Origin: an uncultured archaeon
GTDB taxonomy: Archaea > Aenigmatarchaeota > Aenigmatarchaeia > PWEA01 > JAGHBM01
Length of the DNA stretch: 64,000 nucleotides
Direction: 5' to 3'
NCBI GenBank assembly: GCA_964584335.1
Contig: CAZOZN010000001.1
Span: 307,882-371,881, forward strand
How positions within the stretch are numbered: the first letter of the stretch is position 1; each line of letters begins with the position of its first letter. The translations under genes and the position numbers were made by a program. The notes under the pieces are model-generated. The model was not told the origin of the DNA and did no database searches. It worked only from the letters and a program-made list of their open reading frames with translations. Positions 47,455 through 57,045 of this stretch are shown in pieces.

Positions 47455-48693
47455 TTAAAGCTCATGATGCACTTTAATAACATCAAGCTTCTTAACTTCC
47501 GCCCCTGTACCGATTACCTCAGAAACCGAAGGGTATGTCCTGCCTTTATCACCAGAAACAAACTCCTTTATGTATGTGCCTGCCTCTGCTTTTATAGAAA
47601 TAGAAAATTTCCTTTTTGAAATCATCTTCCATTTCAAGTCTTTTATAACTCTCTTTCTCAGTTTGTCCGCCCTCCTATGCAAAACTCTTTCCGGGGTTTC
47701 CTGGTATATCTTCTTTCCCCTTAAAATAGAGAGCCTGTCCAGAGATTCCTTTTTTATATTATTTTTTGTAACAACAACAGCTTTGTATGTCTTATCGGGT
47801 CTTATACTCTTAACCTTCTCCACCATTTCCGAGCCTACAATCCTTAAATTTTTTACACTTACCCTCTTGGATTCGTTTATCAGGGAAAGTAATTTTCTTG
47901 TTTTTATCTTTCTTCTTGCAGGCTCAGTTATCTCCAAGACAAAAGGCCTCCAACCAAAACACTTCGCATCTATATCCTCCCTTCCCGCGCCGTGGAATTT
48001 CGAGCCAGTGCCTTTTGTTATTTTTAGTACAGGTTTTGCTATTATCTGCTCCACGGAATTTTTATATTTGCCTGAAGGCCACCTGGTTTGAGGAAGGTTG
48101 CGTACAAGCTTGTTGTATTCACCATAAATATAAATAGAATTGAGCTGTAATTCAACATCTTTTTTATCAATATCAATTAAAACAGTGACTTCGGGTTTTT
48201 TGAATTCTACATGTTTTCTTAGCTCTTTTTCTAGCTTTTTTCCTACTAACCTGTTTATCTCGGATTTTATCGGCTCGCACCATTCTATACCAACATCTTC
48301 CCAAAGACTTTCCTCCCTTCTCAGCATATCACCGCTTATTTTGGTGCCTACAAGAAAGTTGCTAAATTCTATTTTGCTGAGCTTTTCTTTTGCTTTATTG
48401 GCAAAAAAATCCAGCTCATTAAAAATACCGCAACAAACAGAACATTCCTTCTCTTTTTTCTCTATATCTGAAAATCTAAAATTATAGTCATAAAAATTAG
48501 ACATATCAACTTCAATATTCTTTCCTGATTCCAATAGCATTGCAAATAAGTCCCTTATAGACTTGCCTCTTTCTTTATTTTCAAGTCCATTCAAAAGCTG
48601 TGCAAATTGCCTTCCAAGACAATTATCACATACGAAGCCTTTATTCATAATACTGATGGCTTTCTCAAAAAATTCCGATTTTTCAATTAACAT
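47455..48693 (-). CDS. pus10: tRNA pseudouridine(54/55) synthase Pus10
   Basis: CDNCLGRQFA, C..C, IK.E.NR..GK, PQT.W, FHGAGREDIDA, QETP.RV.HRR, GTYIKE..SGD.GRT.PS. Confidence 0.95.
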   Translation of the reverse strand: MLIEKSEFFEKAISIMNKGFVCDNCLGRQFAQLLNGLENKERGKSIRDLFAMLLESGKNIEVDMSNFYDYNFRFSDIEKKEKECSVCCGIFNELDFFANKAKEKLSKIEFSNFLVGTKISGDMLRREESLWEDVGIEWCEPIKSEINRLVGKKLEKELRKHVEFKKPEVTVLIDIDKKDVELQLNSIYIYGEYNKLVRNLPQTRWPSGKYKNSVEQIIAKPVLKITKGTGSKFHGAGREDIDAKCFGWRPFVLEITEPARRKIKTRKLLSLINESKRVSVKNLRIVGSEMVEKVKSIRPDKTYKAVVVTKNNIKKESLDRLSILRGKKIYQETPERVLHRRADKLRKRVIKDLKWKMISKRKFSISIKAEAGTYIKEFVSGDKGRTYPSVSEVIGTGAEVKKLDVIKVHHEL

Positions 48694-48712
48694 AATCAAA
48701 ATAACCGTTATA

Positions 48713-48916
48713 TCATTTATAAAATTTTATTATATATTCTCTCCATCCATTTTTTGCAAACCAGTTCTTCTGTAACTTGTCACATTCTGCGCTATTGTCG
48801 CAGCAATCACTTCCATAATCATCGCAAAGATAACTAAACAGTTGTTTTCCTTTTCTATAAAATGGGCAACATCCAATATTGTGTTTGACCTTAAAATCAT
48901 CGATCAATCTAATCAC
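48713..48916 (-). CDS. Small Cys-rich hypothetical protein
   Basis: 67 aa with CCPFY..C..CC..C. Confidence 0.4.
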   Translation of the reverse strand: MIRLIDDFKVKHNIGCCPFYRKGKQLFSYLCDDYGSDCCDNSAECDKLQKNWFAKNGWREYIIKFYK

Positions 48917-48976
48917 TTCAAGATACCAATTATCTTACATAGTAAAACTAATAAATTAACAAAACTATATAATACT

Positions 48977-49132
48977 ATGCAAAAAATAGACAAGTCAAAA
49001 TTGGAGCTCAGAGACAAACTTATACAAAAAGTAAGAAGCGGTGAAATAAAATGCCCTATTTCTAATGAGCCTAATTGTCTCGAGTGTAAGTATTTAAGGA
49101 CTTGTGCTTCAAAACTTAAAGAAAAGAGTTGA
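48977..49132 (+). CDS. Small Cys-rich hypothetical protein
   Basis: MQKIDK...CPISNEPNCLECKYLRTC, 51 aa, directly upstream of the HD gene. Confidence 0.5.
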   Translation: MQKIDKSKLELRDKLIQKVRSGEIKCPISNEPNCLECKYLRTCASKLKEKS

Positions 49133-49136
49133 TTTT

Positions 49137-49733
49137 ATGAAAGAAGAAGAAATGATTAAAAAGGCAGAGGAATTTATGTTAGATTCCTTCCAGGGACAGA
49201 ACGTACCCTCAGTAATAGCTGACGGTATGATAAGGCATCTTATACAGACAAGAAGATTTGTATTACTTCTGACAGAAGGGACTCAAAGAAACACAGTACC
49301 GCTAGAAATAGCAGCACTTCTTCATGGAGTAGAAAGAGGATATAGAGGCAGCGGAAAATACAAAAGACTTTTAAAAGGCAAAAAACATGAAGAAAAAAGC
49401 GCCATAATAACAGAAAAGTTTATGAAAAAAAAGAAATATCCCAAAACAATAATAAAAAAAACAGTAAGTCTAATAGAAAAACACGAAGAAGCTCCTACAC
49501 AAGAATCGAAATTACTTAGAGATGCGGACAACTTATCATTCCTAAAAAACACACTTCCTATATGGTTCGAAGCAAGGTTATGGGCGGGAGAAAAAAGAGA
49601 AAAAATAATAGAAGAATCAAAAAAAATAATTGAAAAAAAATTCAATGAGATAGATTCAGAAAACGCAAAAAAAATAGCCAAGAAGTTTAAAAAGAAGTGG
49701 GATGACTGGTTATTGCAAAAAGAAGAAGCTTAA
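49137..49733 (+). CDS. HD-superfamily (DUF4202-like) protein
   Basis: H...T, IAALLHGVER, HEEKSA, KHE, LRDADNLSF. Confidence 0.75.
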   Translation: MKEEEMIKKAEEFMLDSFQGQNVPSVIADGMIRHLIQTRRFVLLLTEGTQRNTVPLEIAALLHGVERGYRGSGKYKRLLKGKKHEEKSAIITEKFMKKKKYPKTIIKKTVSLIEKHEEAPTQESKLLRDADNLSFLKNTLPIWFEARLWAGEKREKIIEESKKIIEKKFNEIDSENAKKIAKKFKKKWDDWLLQKEEA

Positions 49734-49776
49734 AACATTATAAATAAAAAAATCCATTTTTTATTAAAGTGATTTA

Positions 49777-51024
49777 ATGGATGTTTCCCTTGTTTTTATT
49801 ATTATATCCGCCATAATAGCAATAGGCTTCTTCTCAAACTACTTCTTTAAAAAAACTAGGATTCCTGACGTAATATGGCTTATAATATTCGGAGCATTGA
49901 TAGGACCGATATTCGGAGTAATAAAAACAGAATTCTTTATAAATTATCTTTCTCTTTTCTCCTCTCTTGCATTGCTTATAATACTTTTTGAAGGAGGTTC
50001 ATGCATAAACATATACAAACTAATAAAAGAATCCTATTATATTTTATTTCTAACTATCCTGGGATTTGCCGGCTCAATGTTGATAGTGACAATCATAAGC
50101 CATTATTTTTTCGGTTTCCCGGTAATGATATCACTACTTCTTGGCGCAATAGTCGGTGGCACAAGCTCGCCAATAGTAATACCACTTATACAGAACTTGA
50201 CAAACCTAAAAAAAGAAGTCGGTCTCATACTTAAAATGGAATCAGTCATATCTGACCCAATGACAATAATCGTAAGCATTGTTTTAATAGAAACCATGAT
50301 ATTATCACCTACTGAAATGGTTGTATACGAGATACTAAAGGGTTTAACAAGTCTGCTTTCTATATCCCTGGTAATAGGATTCTTTGGAGGTATTGTTTGG
50401 GCAAGCTTTTGGCACAAATTTATAAAATACAAGTTCCATTACATGTTGACGCTAGGTTTTCTTTTCCTTATTTACGTTGTAGTGGAGATTTTCGGGGGAA
50501 GTGGTGCAATAGCAGCATTTATGGTGGGCCTCGTTCTTGGAAACATGCCTAAAATAAAACAAATGTTTAAAATCAAAAAAAGCTTGACAGGACTTACAAA
50601 AGAAACAAGAGACTTCAATGCATATATAGCATTCTTTGTCAGAACTTTCTTCTTTGCTTTGATAGGAATGATAATACAAATATCAAGAATAGACCTTATA
50701 CTTTACGGAATAATTATTTCTTTTGCTATACTGGGTATAAGAGCATTTATAATAAGAATATGCACTTACAACATGCATATAACAGACAATGAAAAAAACA
50801 TAATGACTCTGGTATATCCAAAGGGTCTCGCCGCAGCAGTACTTTCTTCTCTTCCATATATAGAATATAAAATAGCAGGAACAGATGTGTTTACAGAAAT
50901 AGTATTCACAGTCATAGTAAGTACAGTGCTTATTTCAACTATAGGTCTCGCCATACTAGAAAAGAGGAAGAAAAAATCTGAAGGAAAAAACAAAAAAGAA
51001 AAAAATTCCAATAACAAAAATTGA
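49777..51024 (+). CDS. Cation:proton antiporter (NhaP/CPA1)
   Basis: ILFEGG, GTS..IV, ES.ISD, FFF..IG, PKGLAAAVL. Confidence 0.92.
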   Translation: MDVSLVFIIISAIIAIGFFSNYFFKKTRIPDVIWLIIFGALIGPIFGVIKTEFFINYLSLFSSLALLIILFEGGSCINIYKLIKESYYILFLTILGFAGSMLIVTIISHYFFGFPVMISLLLGAIVGGTSSPIVIPLIQNLTNLKKEVGLILKMESVISDPMTIIVSIVLIETMILSPTEMVVYEILKGLTSLLSISLVIGFFGGIVWASFWHKFIKYKFHYMLTLGFLFLIYVVVEIFGGSGAIAAFMVGLVLGNMPKIKQMFKIKKSLTGLTKETRDFNAYIAFFVRTFFFALIGMIIQISRIDLILYGIIISFAILGIRAFIIRICTYNMHITDNEKNIMTLVYPKGLAAAVLSSLPYIEYKIAGTDVFTEIVFTVIVSTVLISTIGLAILEKRKKKSEGKNKKEKNSNNKN

Positions 51025-51029
51025 TTATT

Positions 51030-52349
51030 CTAAAGACCAAACTGTTTCATCATTTTAGGCATGCCCCTTCTGCCGGGCTTGAACATCTTCATCATTTTCC
51101 TGCTCTGTTTGTACATCTTCAAGAGCTCCCTAACATCAGATTCTTTGCATCCAGAGCCACTTGCTATCCTTTTTATGCGCGTCCCTGTTATGATGTCGGG
51201 GTCCTTCTTTTCCTCGGGAGTCATGCTGTCTATTATAAACCGGAATTTCTTCATTTTCTCTTCCTGTACATCCATGAAATTACTAGGAAGTTTCTTGCCG
51301 AGTTTTGAGAATCCGGGTATCATCTTTGTTATCTGGGACATTGAGCCCATTTTTTGCATCTGTTCTATTTGCTCGTAAAATTCCTCAAGAGTAAATTTTC
51401 CAGATACTATTTTCTCCGCTGTCTTGTCGGCACCAACGTCCTTAGCCTTTTCCAAAAGAGTTTTCAAATCGCCGAAACCTATAAGCCTTGAAATAAATCT
51501 TTCTGCATCAAACTTTTCCAAAGAATCAATTTTTTCTCCTGTTCCTATAAACTTGACATTAGCGCCGGTATATGCACAGGCACTCAAAGCACCGCCACCC
51601 TTTGCGGTACCATCCATCTTGGTTATTATTACTCCCGTTATACCGACAGATTCCTGAAAACTCTTGCTCTGCTCTTCGGCTTTCTGCCCCAAATCCGCAG
51701 GTATGACAAGAATTCTTTCTTCGGGTTTTAGAATATCGTTTAACTTTTCTATTTCATTTGTCATATCTTTGTTTAAAGCATCTCTTCCTGAAGAGTCTGC
51801 TATAACCACATCGTATTTTTCTGATTTTTTTATTGATTCCTTCATAACCTTTGAAGAATCTTTCTCTTCGGGATCTCCAAAAACAGGAACACCTATCTGC
51901 TCACCAAGTTGAACAAGCTGCTCGTATGCAGCGGGCCTGTATGTGTCACATGCTATAAGACAAGGTTTTAGGCCCTTTCCTTTATAGAACTTCGCCAACT
52001 TACCAGCTGTAGTAGTCTTTCCTGAACCAAAAAGCCCCATCAAAAGAATCTTGGACGGTTTTATCTCTATTTCCTCTGACTTGCCTCCAAGAAAAGAAAC
52101 CAGTTCATTATAAACAATATTAACCACATGTTCTCTTTGTGTGAGCCCAGAAGGTGGTTTTTCATTAAAAGCACGTTCTTTTATTTTGTTAGTAAGCTCA
52201 AAAACAAGCCTTACATTAACATCTGACTGCAGGAGTGCTCTTTGTATTTCTCTAGTCATCTCCTCCAATACTTCCTTGTCTACAAAACCCTTTCCTGCGA
52301 GTTTTCTCATTGTATTTTTCAGTGCAGAACCCAGTTTTTCCAGTACCAT
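51030..52349 (-). CDS. srp54: Signal recognition particle protein SRP54
   Basis: LQSDVNV, GSGKTTT, DTYRPAA, DSSGR, TKMDGTAKGGG, M domain SMT..E...RIASGSG. Confidence 0.97.
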   Translation of the reverse strand: MVLEKLGSALKNTMRKLAGKGFVDKEVLEEMTREIQRALLQSDVNVRLVFELTNKIKERAFNEKPPSGLTQREHVVNIVYNELVSFLGGKSEEIEIKPSKILLMGLFGSGKTTTAGKLAKFYKGKGLKPCLIACDTYRPAAYEQLVQLGEQIGVPVFGDPEEKDSSKVMKESIKKSEKYDVVIADSSGRDALNKDMTNEIEKLNDILKPEERILVIPADLGQKAEEQSKSFQESVGITGVIITKMDGTAKGGGALSACAYTGANVKFIGTGEKIDSLEKFDAERFISRLIGFGDLKTLLEKAKDVGADKTAEKIVSGKFTLEEFYEQIEQMQKMGSMSQITKMIPGFSKLGKKLPSNFMDVQEEKMKKFRFIIDSMTPEEKKDPDIITGTRIKRIASGSGCKESDVRELLKMYKQSRKMMKMFKPGRRGMPKMMKQFGL

Positions 52350-52454
52350 ATTAAATCACTGCAATTATTAGATATTTAAGGGTTATTCTTTATAAAACTA
52401 GATTTTCACTACCTATAAATGATTATTTATTTTTAACGGTACAATAATTCTACA

Positions 52455-53417
52455 ATGATAGACATATTTTCGATTTTAGTTACAGAAAAATGCAATAGGT
52501 CATGTAAACATTGTTACGGCTCTTTTGGACCAGACCCAAAAAAGGGAAGAGAAATGCCTTTCAATAAAGTCAAAGATTATATAGACCAAATACCCAATCA
52601 CAAAACAAACACTTTAGTAATAACAGGCGGTGAGCCTTTCTTATACGAAGAATTTGATAATATCATAAAATACGCAGACAATGTTCGTGATGAGAAAGGT
52701 TACCCAAGAAGAATAGAAACATCAACGAACGGTTATTGGGCAGAAAAAATAAAACCCACTTTCAACAGGCTATTTGATTTAAAAGAAGAAGGTTTAGATT
52801 TCATAAGATTCAGTAATGAACCTTATCGGCCAAAAAAAGACCAATCAACAGCAAGAGTTATAGGATACTTTTATGAATTATTTTCTGAGGAGGAGGAATT
52901 AAAATCTGCTCTTCCGGAAGTAGGTACAGAACCGGGCTATTTCATAAATCCAATAGGAAGAGCAAAAAAATTACCAAAAGAAAAATGGTTCAAAAGAGAA
53001 ACAGAAAAAGGAAGACAAAGCTGTAGTTTAGACGGTTGGGCTGTTCATTTATATAAACAAAAAAATCCCGATTCTGATATTAAAGAAATACCAAAGTCTG
53101 TTTTGGCATCTCCAGACGGCATGTTTCTTTGTAATGAAGTTGCAAATGTCATAAAAATGGGAGAATATGGCGACCCTATATCTTCTGTAGAAAAAAATGT
53201 AAAAAAATTAGACAGAATTATAACTTTGTTCTGCGCTTATGGACCCAAAAAGTCGTATGAATTTTTGAGAAAAGAATTTACGGAACTTAATCTACCCGAA
53301 GCTGAACATAGCTGCATAGCATGCAATCAATTATTCAACGAAACTGACAGAGATAAGCTAATAGAAATAAATTCAGAAAAAGAAAGAATTAAAAAAATTA
53401 AGGAAAATATGAAATAA
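52455..53417 (+). CDS. Radical SAM protein
   Basis: CNRSCKHC, TGGEP, STNG, IGRA, C-terminal Cys residues (QSC, FLC, CIAC). Confidence 0.9.
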   Translation: MIDIFSILVTEKCNRSCKHCYGSFGPDPKKGREMPFNKVKDYIDQIPNHKTNTLVITGGEPFLYEEFDNIIKYADNVRDEKGYPRRIETSTNGYWAEKIKPTFNRLFDLKEEGLDFIRFSNEPYRPKKDQSTARVIGYFYELFSEEEELKSALPEVGTEPGYFINPIGRAKKLPKEKWFKRETEKGRQSCSLDGWAVHLYKQKNPDSDIKEIPKSVLASPDGMFLCNEVANVIKMGEYGDPISSVEKNVKKLDRIITLFCAYGPKKSYEFLRKEFTELNLPEAEHSCIACNQLFNETDRDKLIEINSEKERIKKIKENMK

Positions 53418-53418
53418 G

Positions 53419-53724
53419 CTAATCTATATCAAATTCTGAATAGAGATTTTCCTTGAGTTCGCCTAAGCAATTTCTTACGTTATTCTTGACCGCTTTCTCG
53501 TTCATGTGCCAATAATGGTCCGGAACGCTATAGGGGTCTCTTCTCTCCAGTTCAACAATACCGTAATCTTCAAGCTTTGACAAATAATCAGAAAGAGGCT
53601 TGAAAGGTATCTGTGTTATTGCTCCAAGTGTTACTCCGTCGAGTTTTCCTCCACCGTCCTTGAAAGCTTTATATATTTTCTTGAAATCATCCCCCGTAAA
53701 AATCTCTATTTTTTCTATATCCAT
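53419..53724 (-). CDS. Hypothetical winged-HTH-like protein
   Basis: L..ITQIP...LSDYLSKLEDYGIVE. Confidence 0.55.
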   Translation of the reverse strand: MDIEKIEIFTGDDFKKIYKAFKDGGGKLDGVTLGAITQIPFKPLSDYLSKLEDYGIVELERRDPYSVPDHYWHMNEKAVKNNVRNCLGELKENLYSEFDID

Positions 53725-54128
53725 TAAAAAACCTCAATACCCTTAATCATTTCTTTAAGTTTTTTTCTTTCCTTCCAGTCAACTACACTTCCTCTGAAAG
53801 GAAAAGCTTCATTTTTTTGTATATCCAATTCAGGGTAATTTTGAAGGGAGTGTGCATGACCGTAAGGCTCGTAATCCTCCTCCCTGACTGGCTTGTGTGG
53901 CCAATGATCCTCTCTTACCAGAATCTTGTTTATACCCAAAACATACTCTATGTTACCCCAACTGTCGCTTGCCTCTGCCTTTATTGTAGGCAAATAATCC
54001 TTATTGTTTTTACCAAGAAGTATTCTATGATAAGAATCTAGACAATGTGTTCCCTCAAACTTGCTTATCAAAGGCTTATATCTTTCGTCAGAAACATTAA
54101 CTTCAACTTCAACATTTGCTATTATCAA
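53724..54128 (-). CDS. Hypothetical protein
   Basis: 134-aa ORF, SD gaggtggtg, coupled to the next gene. Confidence 0.6.
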   Translation of the reverse strand: MIIANVEVEVNVSDERYKPLISKFEGTHCLDSYHRILLGKNNKDYLPTIKAEASDSWGNIEYVLGINKILVREDHWPHKPVREEDYEPYGHAHSLQNYPELDIQKNEAFPFRGSVVDWKERKKLKEMIKGIEVF

Positions 54129-54184
54129 ATCACCACCTCAATATAAGAAAACATATAATAATTATATCCGCAAAAACATTTAAG

Positions 54185-55351
54185 TTAGAACTTTTTTTTG
54201 AGTAGAGGATAAAATAAAGTGAAAAAACTTGCCAATAAAAAAGAAATTAAAAAAGGGTAAAAATCCAAAAAGAAAAACAAGAAAACAAGAGGCAATATTA
54301 TTATTCTTGCCAGATTATATGTTATCTCTCTTGTAACTATAAACATAAAGTATTTTTCCTTTCTTGCTATGTCGTAAGAGGAAACAGACCAGGGAACATG
54401 AAGTATTTTTTGTGACATACTTTTGTAAGTATCAACCAAAATAACCTTTAAGGGGCTATTTACGAAAAGCCTGCCAAGCCAACCAAAAAAGTAAAATAAA
54501 GTGCCCCATCTTATCAACTTATCTTTGTTTTTGAATCTGTCAGTGAAATTACCGATAAAATAATAAACAATTATAGAAAAAATAAAACTTATAGATACAA
54601 AAAAACCCACAGTATCGGTCTTAATAAGCAAAATAATAAGGAATATGGGCCAGAGAGTCCTTCCTATTATAGATTCTATAGCATAGCCAGTGAAGCTCAT
54701 TACATTTCCGGAATGTTTTTTTTCTAAAAGATACTTCTTAACCAGAACAAAATCTATAGGAAACTCGTTGTTCTTTTCCTTAAGAAAAAAAACGGGTATT
54801 GTTCCAAGAACAAGCAAAAAAGAGCCAATTAAAAATAAAAAATCATAGCTTGTTTCGACTATAATAATTCCCGCTATAAACGGAGCAGCTGCAGTTGCTA
54901 TTGTTGTTAATATGCCTATAAGAGAAACTTCTTTGCCTTCTTTTTTCTTTTCTGAATGCTCTATGTAGTTCATATGATATCCGTAATTGAAAAATATCAT
55001 ATGCAATGATAGAAAAACTGGAAGCAAAAAGAACAGGTAGCTACCAATCTCAATTATATTGAGACCCAGATAATATAAAATAAGGAAAGGTGTAGAAAGA
55101 ATAATAGAATATTTTATTCCTATTCTGGAAAATATTTTAGCACCCAAAGTTGAAAATAAAACAAAATAAAAGCTTACTAAAAAATAGAAAAAAACTATGC
55201 TTGATATTTGATAACCTATTGAATACAAATAAATGGGGACAAAAATACCTATCAGAGAAGTTGCAAAATACATTATAAAAATTGATAAGTATATGTGATT
55301 TATTTCCTTTTTAATTAAAAAATCGTGCCTTATGCCTGTATGATGAAGCAT
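54185..55351 (-). CDS. MFS transporter
   Basis: Multi-TM; IFVPIYLY, G..TDR; ATG at 55351. Confidence 0.85.
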   Translation of the reverse strand: MLHHTGIRHDFLIKKEINHIYLSIFIMYFATSLIGIFVPIYLYSIGYQISSIVFFYFLVSFYFVLFSTLGAKIFSRIGIKYSIILSTPFLILYYLGLNIIEIGSYLFFLLPVFLSLHMIFFNYGYHMNYIEHSEKKKEGKEVSLIGILTTIATAAAPFIAGIIIVETSYDFLFLIGSFLLVLGTIPVFFLKEKNNEFPIDFVLVKKYLLEKKHSGNVMSFTGYAIESIIGRTLWPIFLIILLIKTDTVGFFVSISFIFSIIVYYFIGNFTDRFKNKDKLIRWGTLFYFFGWLGRLFVNSPLKVILVDTYKSMSQKILHVPWSVSSYDIARKEKYFMFIVTREITYNLARIIILPLVFLFFFLDFYPFLISFLLASFFTLFYPLLKKKF

Positions 55352-55391
55352 GTAGAATAATAGATTTATACTTTTAAAAATAATTCTACAC

Positions 55392-55835
55392 ATGGTAATG
55401 AAAAAAGAAGATATGGTGCTAAACACTTACTTTTTACTGGAAACCCTAAAAGAAGAGAAAGTTTGTGAAAGAGAAAGACTAAAAGAAAAAATGATGGAAA
55501 AAAGGAAAGAATTAACAAAAAAAGGGAAATTCTACCCAATAGACTTTGTTAAAGACCCGAATAACGGAAGTATAAAAAGCAACGTATTTAATGAGTTGGT
55601 TTTCATGAATAGGGGGTTGGAATATTTTGATACTGTAACAAAAAGGATGGGATACATAAATCTTAAAGAAAGCAATCTTGAAGTTCTTGATAAAATCGAA
55701 GAAGACGGGGAATATTTTGTATTTACGAAAGAGAGTCAGGATTTTTTGGATGAATACAATCAAGAAGCAGAAAATATGCTTAAAAAATATAATAAAGAAC
55801 TAAATAAAAATCAAATTAATTTCTTAAAAACTTGA
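55392..55835 (+). CDS. Hypothetical protein
   Basis: 147-aa ORF. Confidence 0.55.
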   Translation: MVMKKEDMVLNTYFLLETLKEEKVCERERLKEKMMEKRKELTKKGKFYPIDFVKDPNNGSIKSNVFNELVFMNRGLEYFDTVTKRMGYINLKESNLEVLDKIEEDGEYFVFTKESQDFLDEYNQEAENMLKKYNKELNKNQINFLKT

Positions 55836-55878
55836 TATAAAGGCCAATTTATTTATCCATGCTATTCATATATTAATT

Positions 55879-56379
55879 ATGCGTGTCGTGGGGATAGACC
55901 TCGCTGGTTTAGAAACGAATGAGACTGGTTTCTGTATACTTGAGTTTGACGGTAAAAAAGACAATATAAAAGTAAAAAGGCTTCTAACAGACAGGGAAAT
56001 TCTAGATGAAGTAGAAGAAGAAAACCAAAAAGAGAAAATAAACTTAATCGCTATAGACGCTCCCTTTGAATTCCCTGAAAAGGGGTATCTAAGAAAAGGT
56101 GAATTAATGCTTAAGGAGAGAGGTTTTACACCGGTATCACCTCTGTTCCCTGGAATGAAACCTCTTACGAGAAGAGGCAAAATGCTATCTGGAATACTTA
56201 AAAAAAGAGAATTTAAGGTAATAGAAGTCTTCTCAAGAGCATCAGAAAAAATATTAGGTCTCGATAAAAAAAGAGCAGCAAATAAAGATGAATATGATGC
56301 TCTTGTATGCGCTCTAACAGGAAAATCATATTTAGAAGGAAACTTTGAGGATTTGAATGGTATAATAATACCAAAGTAA
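55879..56379 (+). CDS. DUF429 (RNase H-like) protein
   Basis: VVGIDLAG, IAIDAP, R..E, IEVF, DEYDA..CA. Confidence 0.85.
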   Translation: MRVVGIDLAGLETNETGFCILEFDGKKDNIKVKRLLTDREILDEVEEENQKEKINLIAIDAPFEFPEKGYLRKGELMLKERGFTPVSPLFPGMKPLTRRGKMLSGILKKREFKVIEVFSRASEKILGLDKKRAANKDEYDALVCALTGKSYLEGNFEDLNGIIIPK

Positions 56380-56922
56380 TCATAAATCAAAATCGTAAGC
56401 AACAGAATTATCTTTATTTCTAACTACAAAATTACCTTTGATATTTCCGGGACCAAGATTAAACAAACTCAAATCTGTTTTTATCGAATTTGTTATTCCA
56501 CATTTCTTACCGACTTCAACATCCAAAACTTTAGCAAACAAATTTGGGATTCCGTTCGACTTTTTATTGGTCTTTCTCCTGTAAGACATGCCGTCGAACA
56601 ATTTAATGCACTCAATTTCCTTCGGTCTTTCCATGTCTGATTCTTCAAAAATAATGTAGCTTGCATCCTTGTGGAAAACAGAGGAATATCCGCTGGGATA
56701 TTCTCCTATAGATATATTTGATGAATAAAGATTTATCAAACCGCTACCCAAAGAAATATCTCTTGATTCTCCGGGACAGCAATAAAGAGTGGCTTTAACA
56801 CCTTTGCCCTGTTCAAAAGAATTAACAAAAGGTAGCTGGTCTTCATATTTCTTAATTTCACTAATAACTTTTGAAAACTCATCTTTTTTTAAATGTTTTA
56901 CAGGTTCTGTATAAAAGGACAT
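56380..56922 (-). CDS. Hypothetical protein
   Basis: ORF with likely start at MSFYTE. Confidence 0.55.
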   Translation of the reverse strand: MSFYTEPVKHLKKDEFSKVISEIKKYEDQLPFVNSFEQGKGVKATLYCCPGESRDISLGSGLINLYSSNISIGEYPSGYSSVFHKDASYIIFEESDMERPKEIECIKLFDGMSYRRKTNKKSNGIPNLFAKVLDVEVGKKCGITNSIKTDLSLFNLGPGNIKGNFVVRNKDNSVAYDFDL

Positions 56923-57045
56923 CTTATCATCGCCATTGAAAATCGTATACGTTATTTTTTTGTTTTTAGTAAATAAATTTATTAGTTGTTTCACTTGATA
57001 GTGATTCAAAGATTATATAAATATTTTATAGATAAAATAATAACC

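Noticed and set aside
47140-53600. PLSDYL peptide and TAATCAGAAAGAGG shared by two hypothetical genes
   Set aside because: Isolated 14-bp match with no flanking similarity; probably chance
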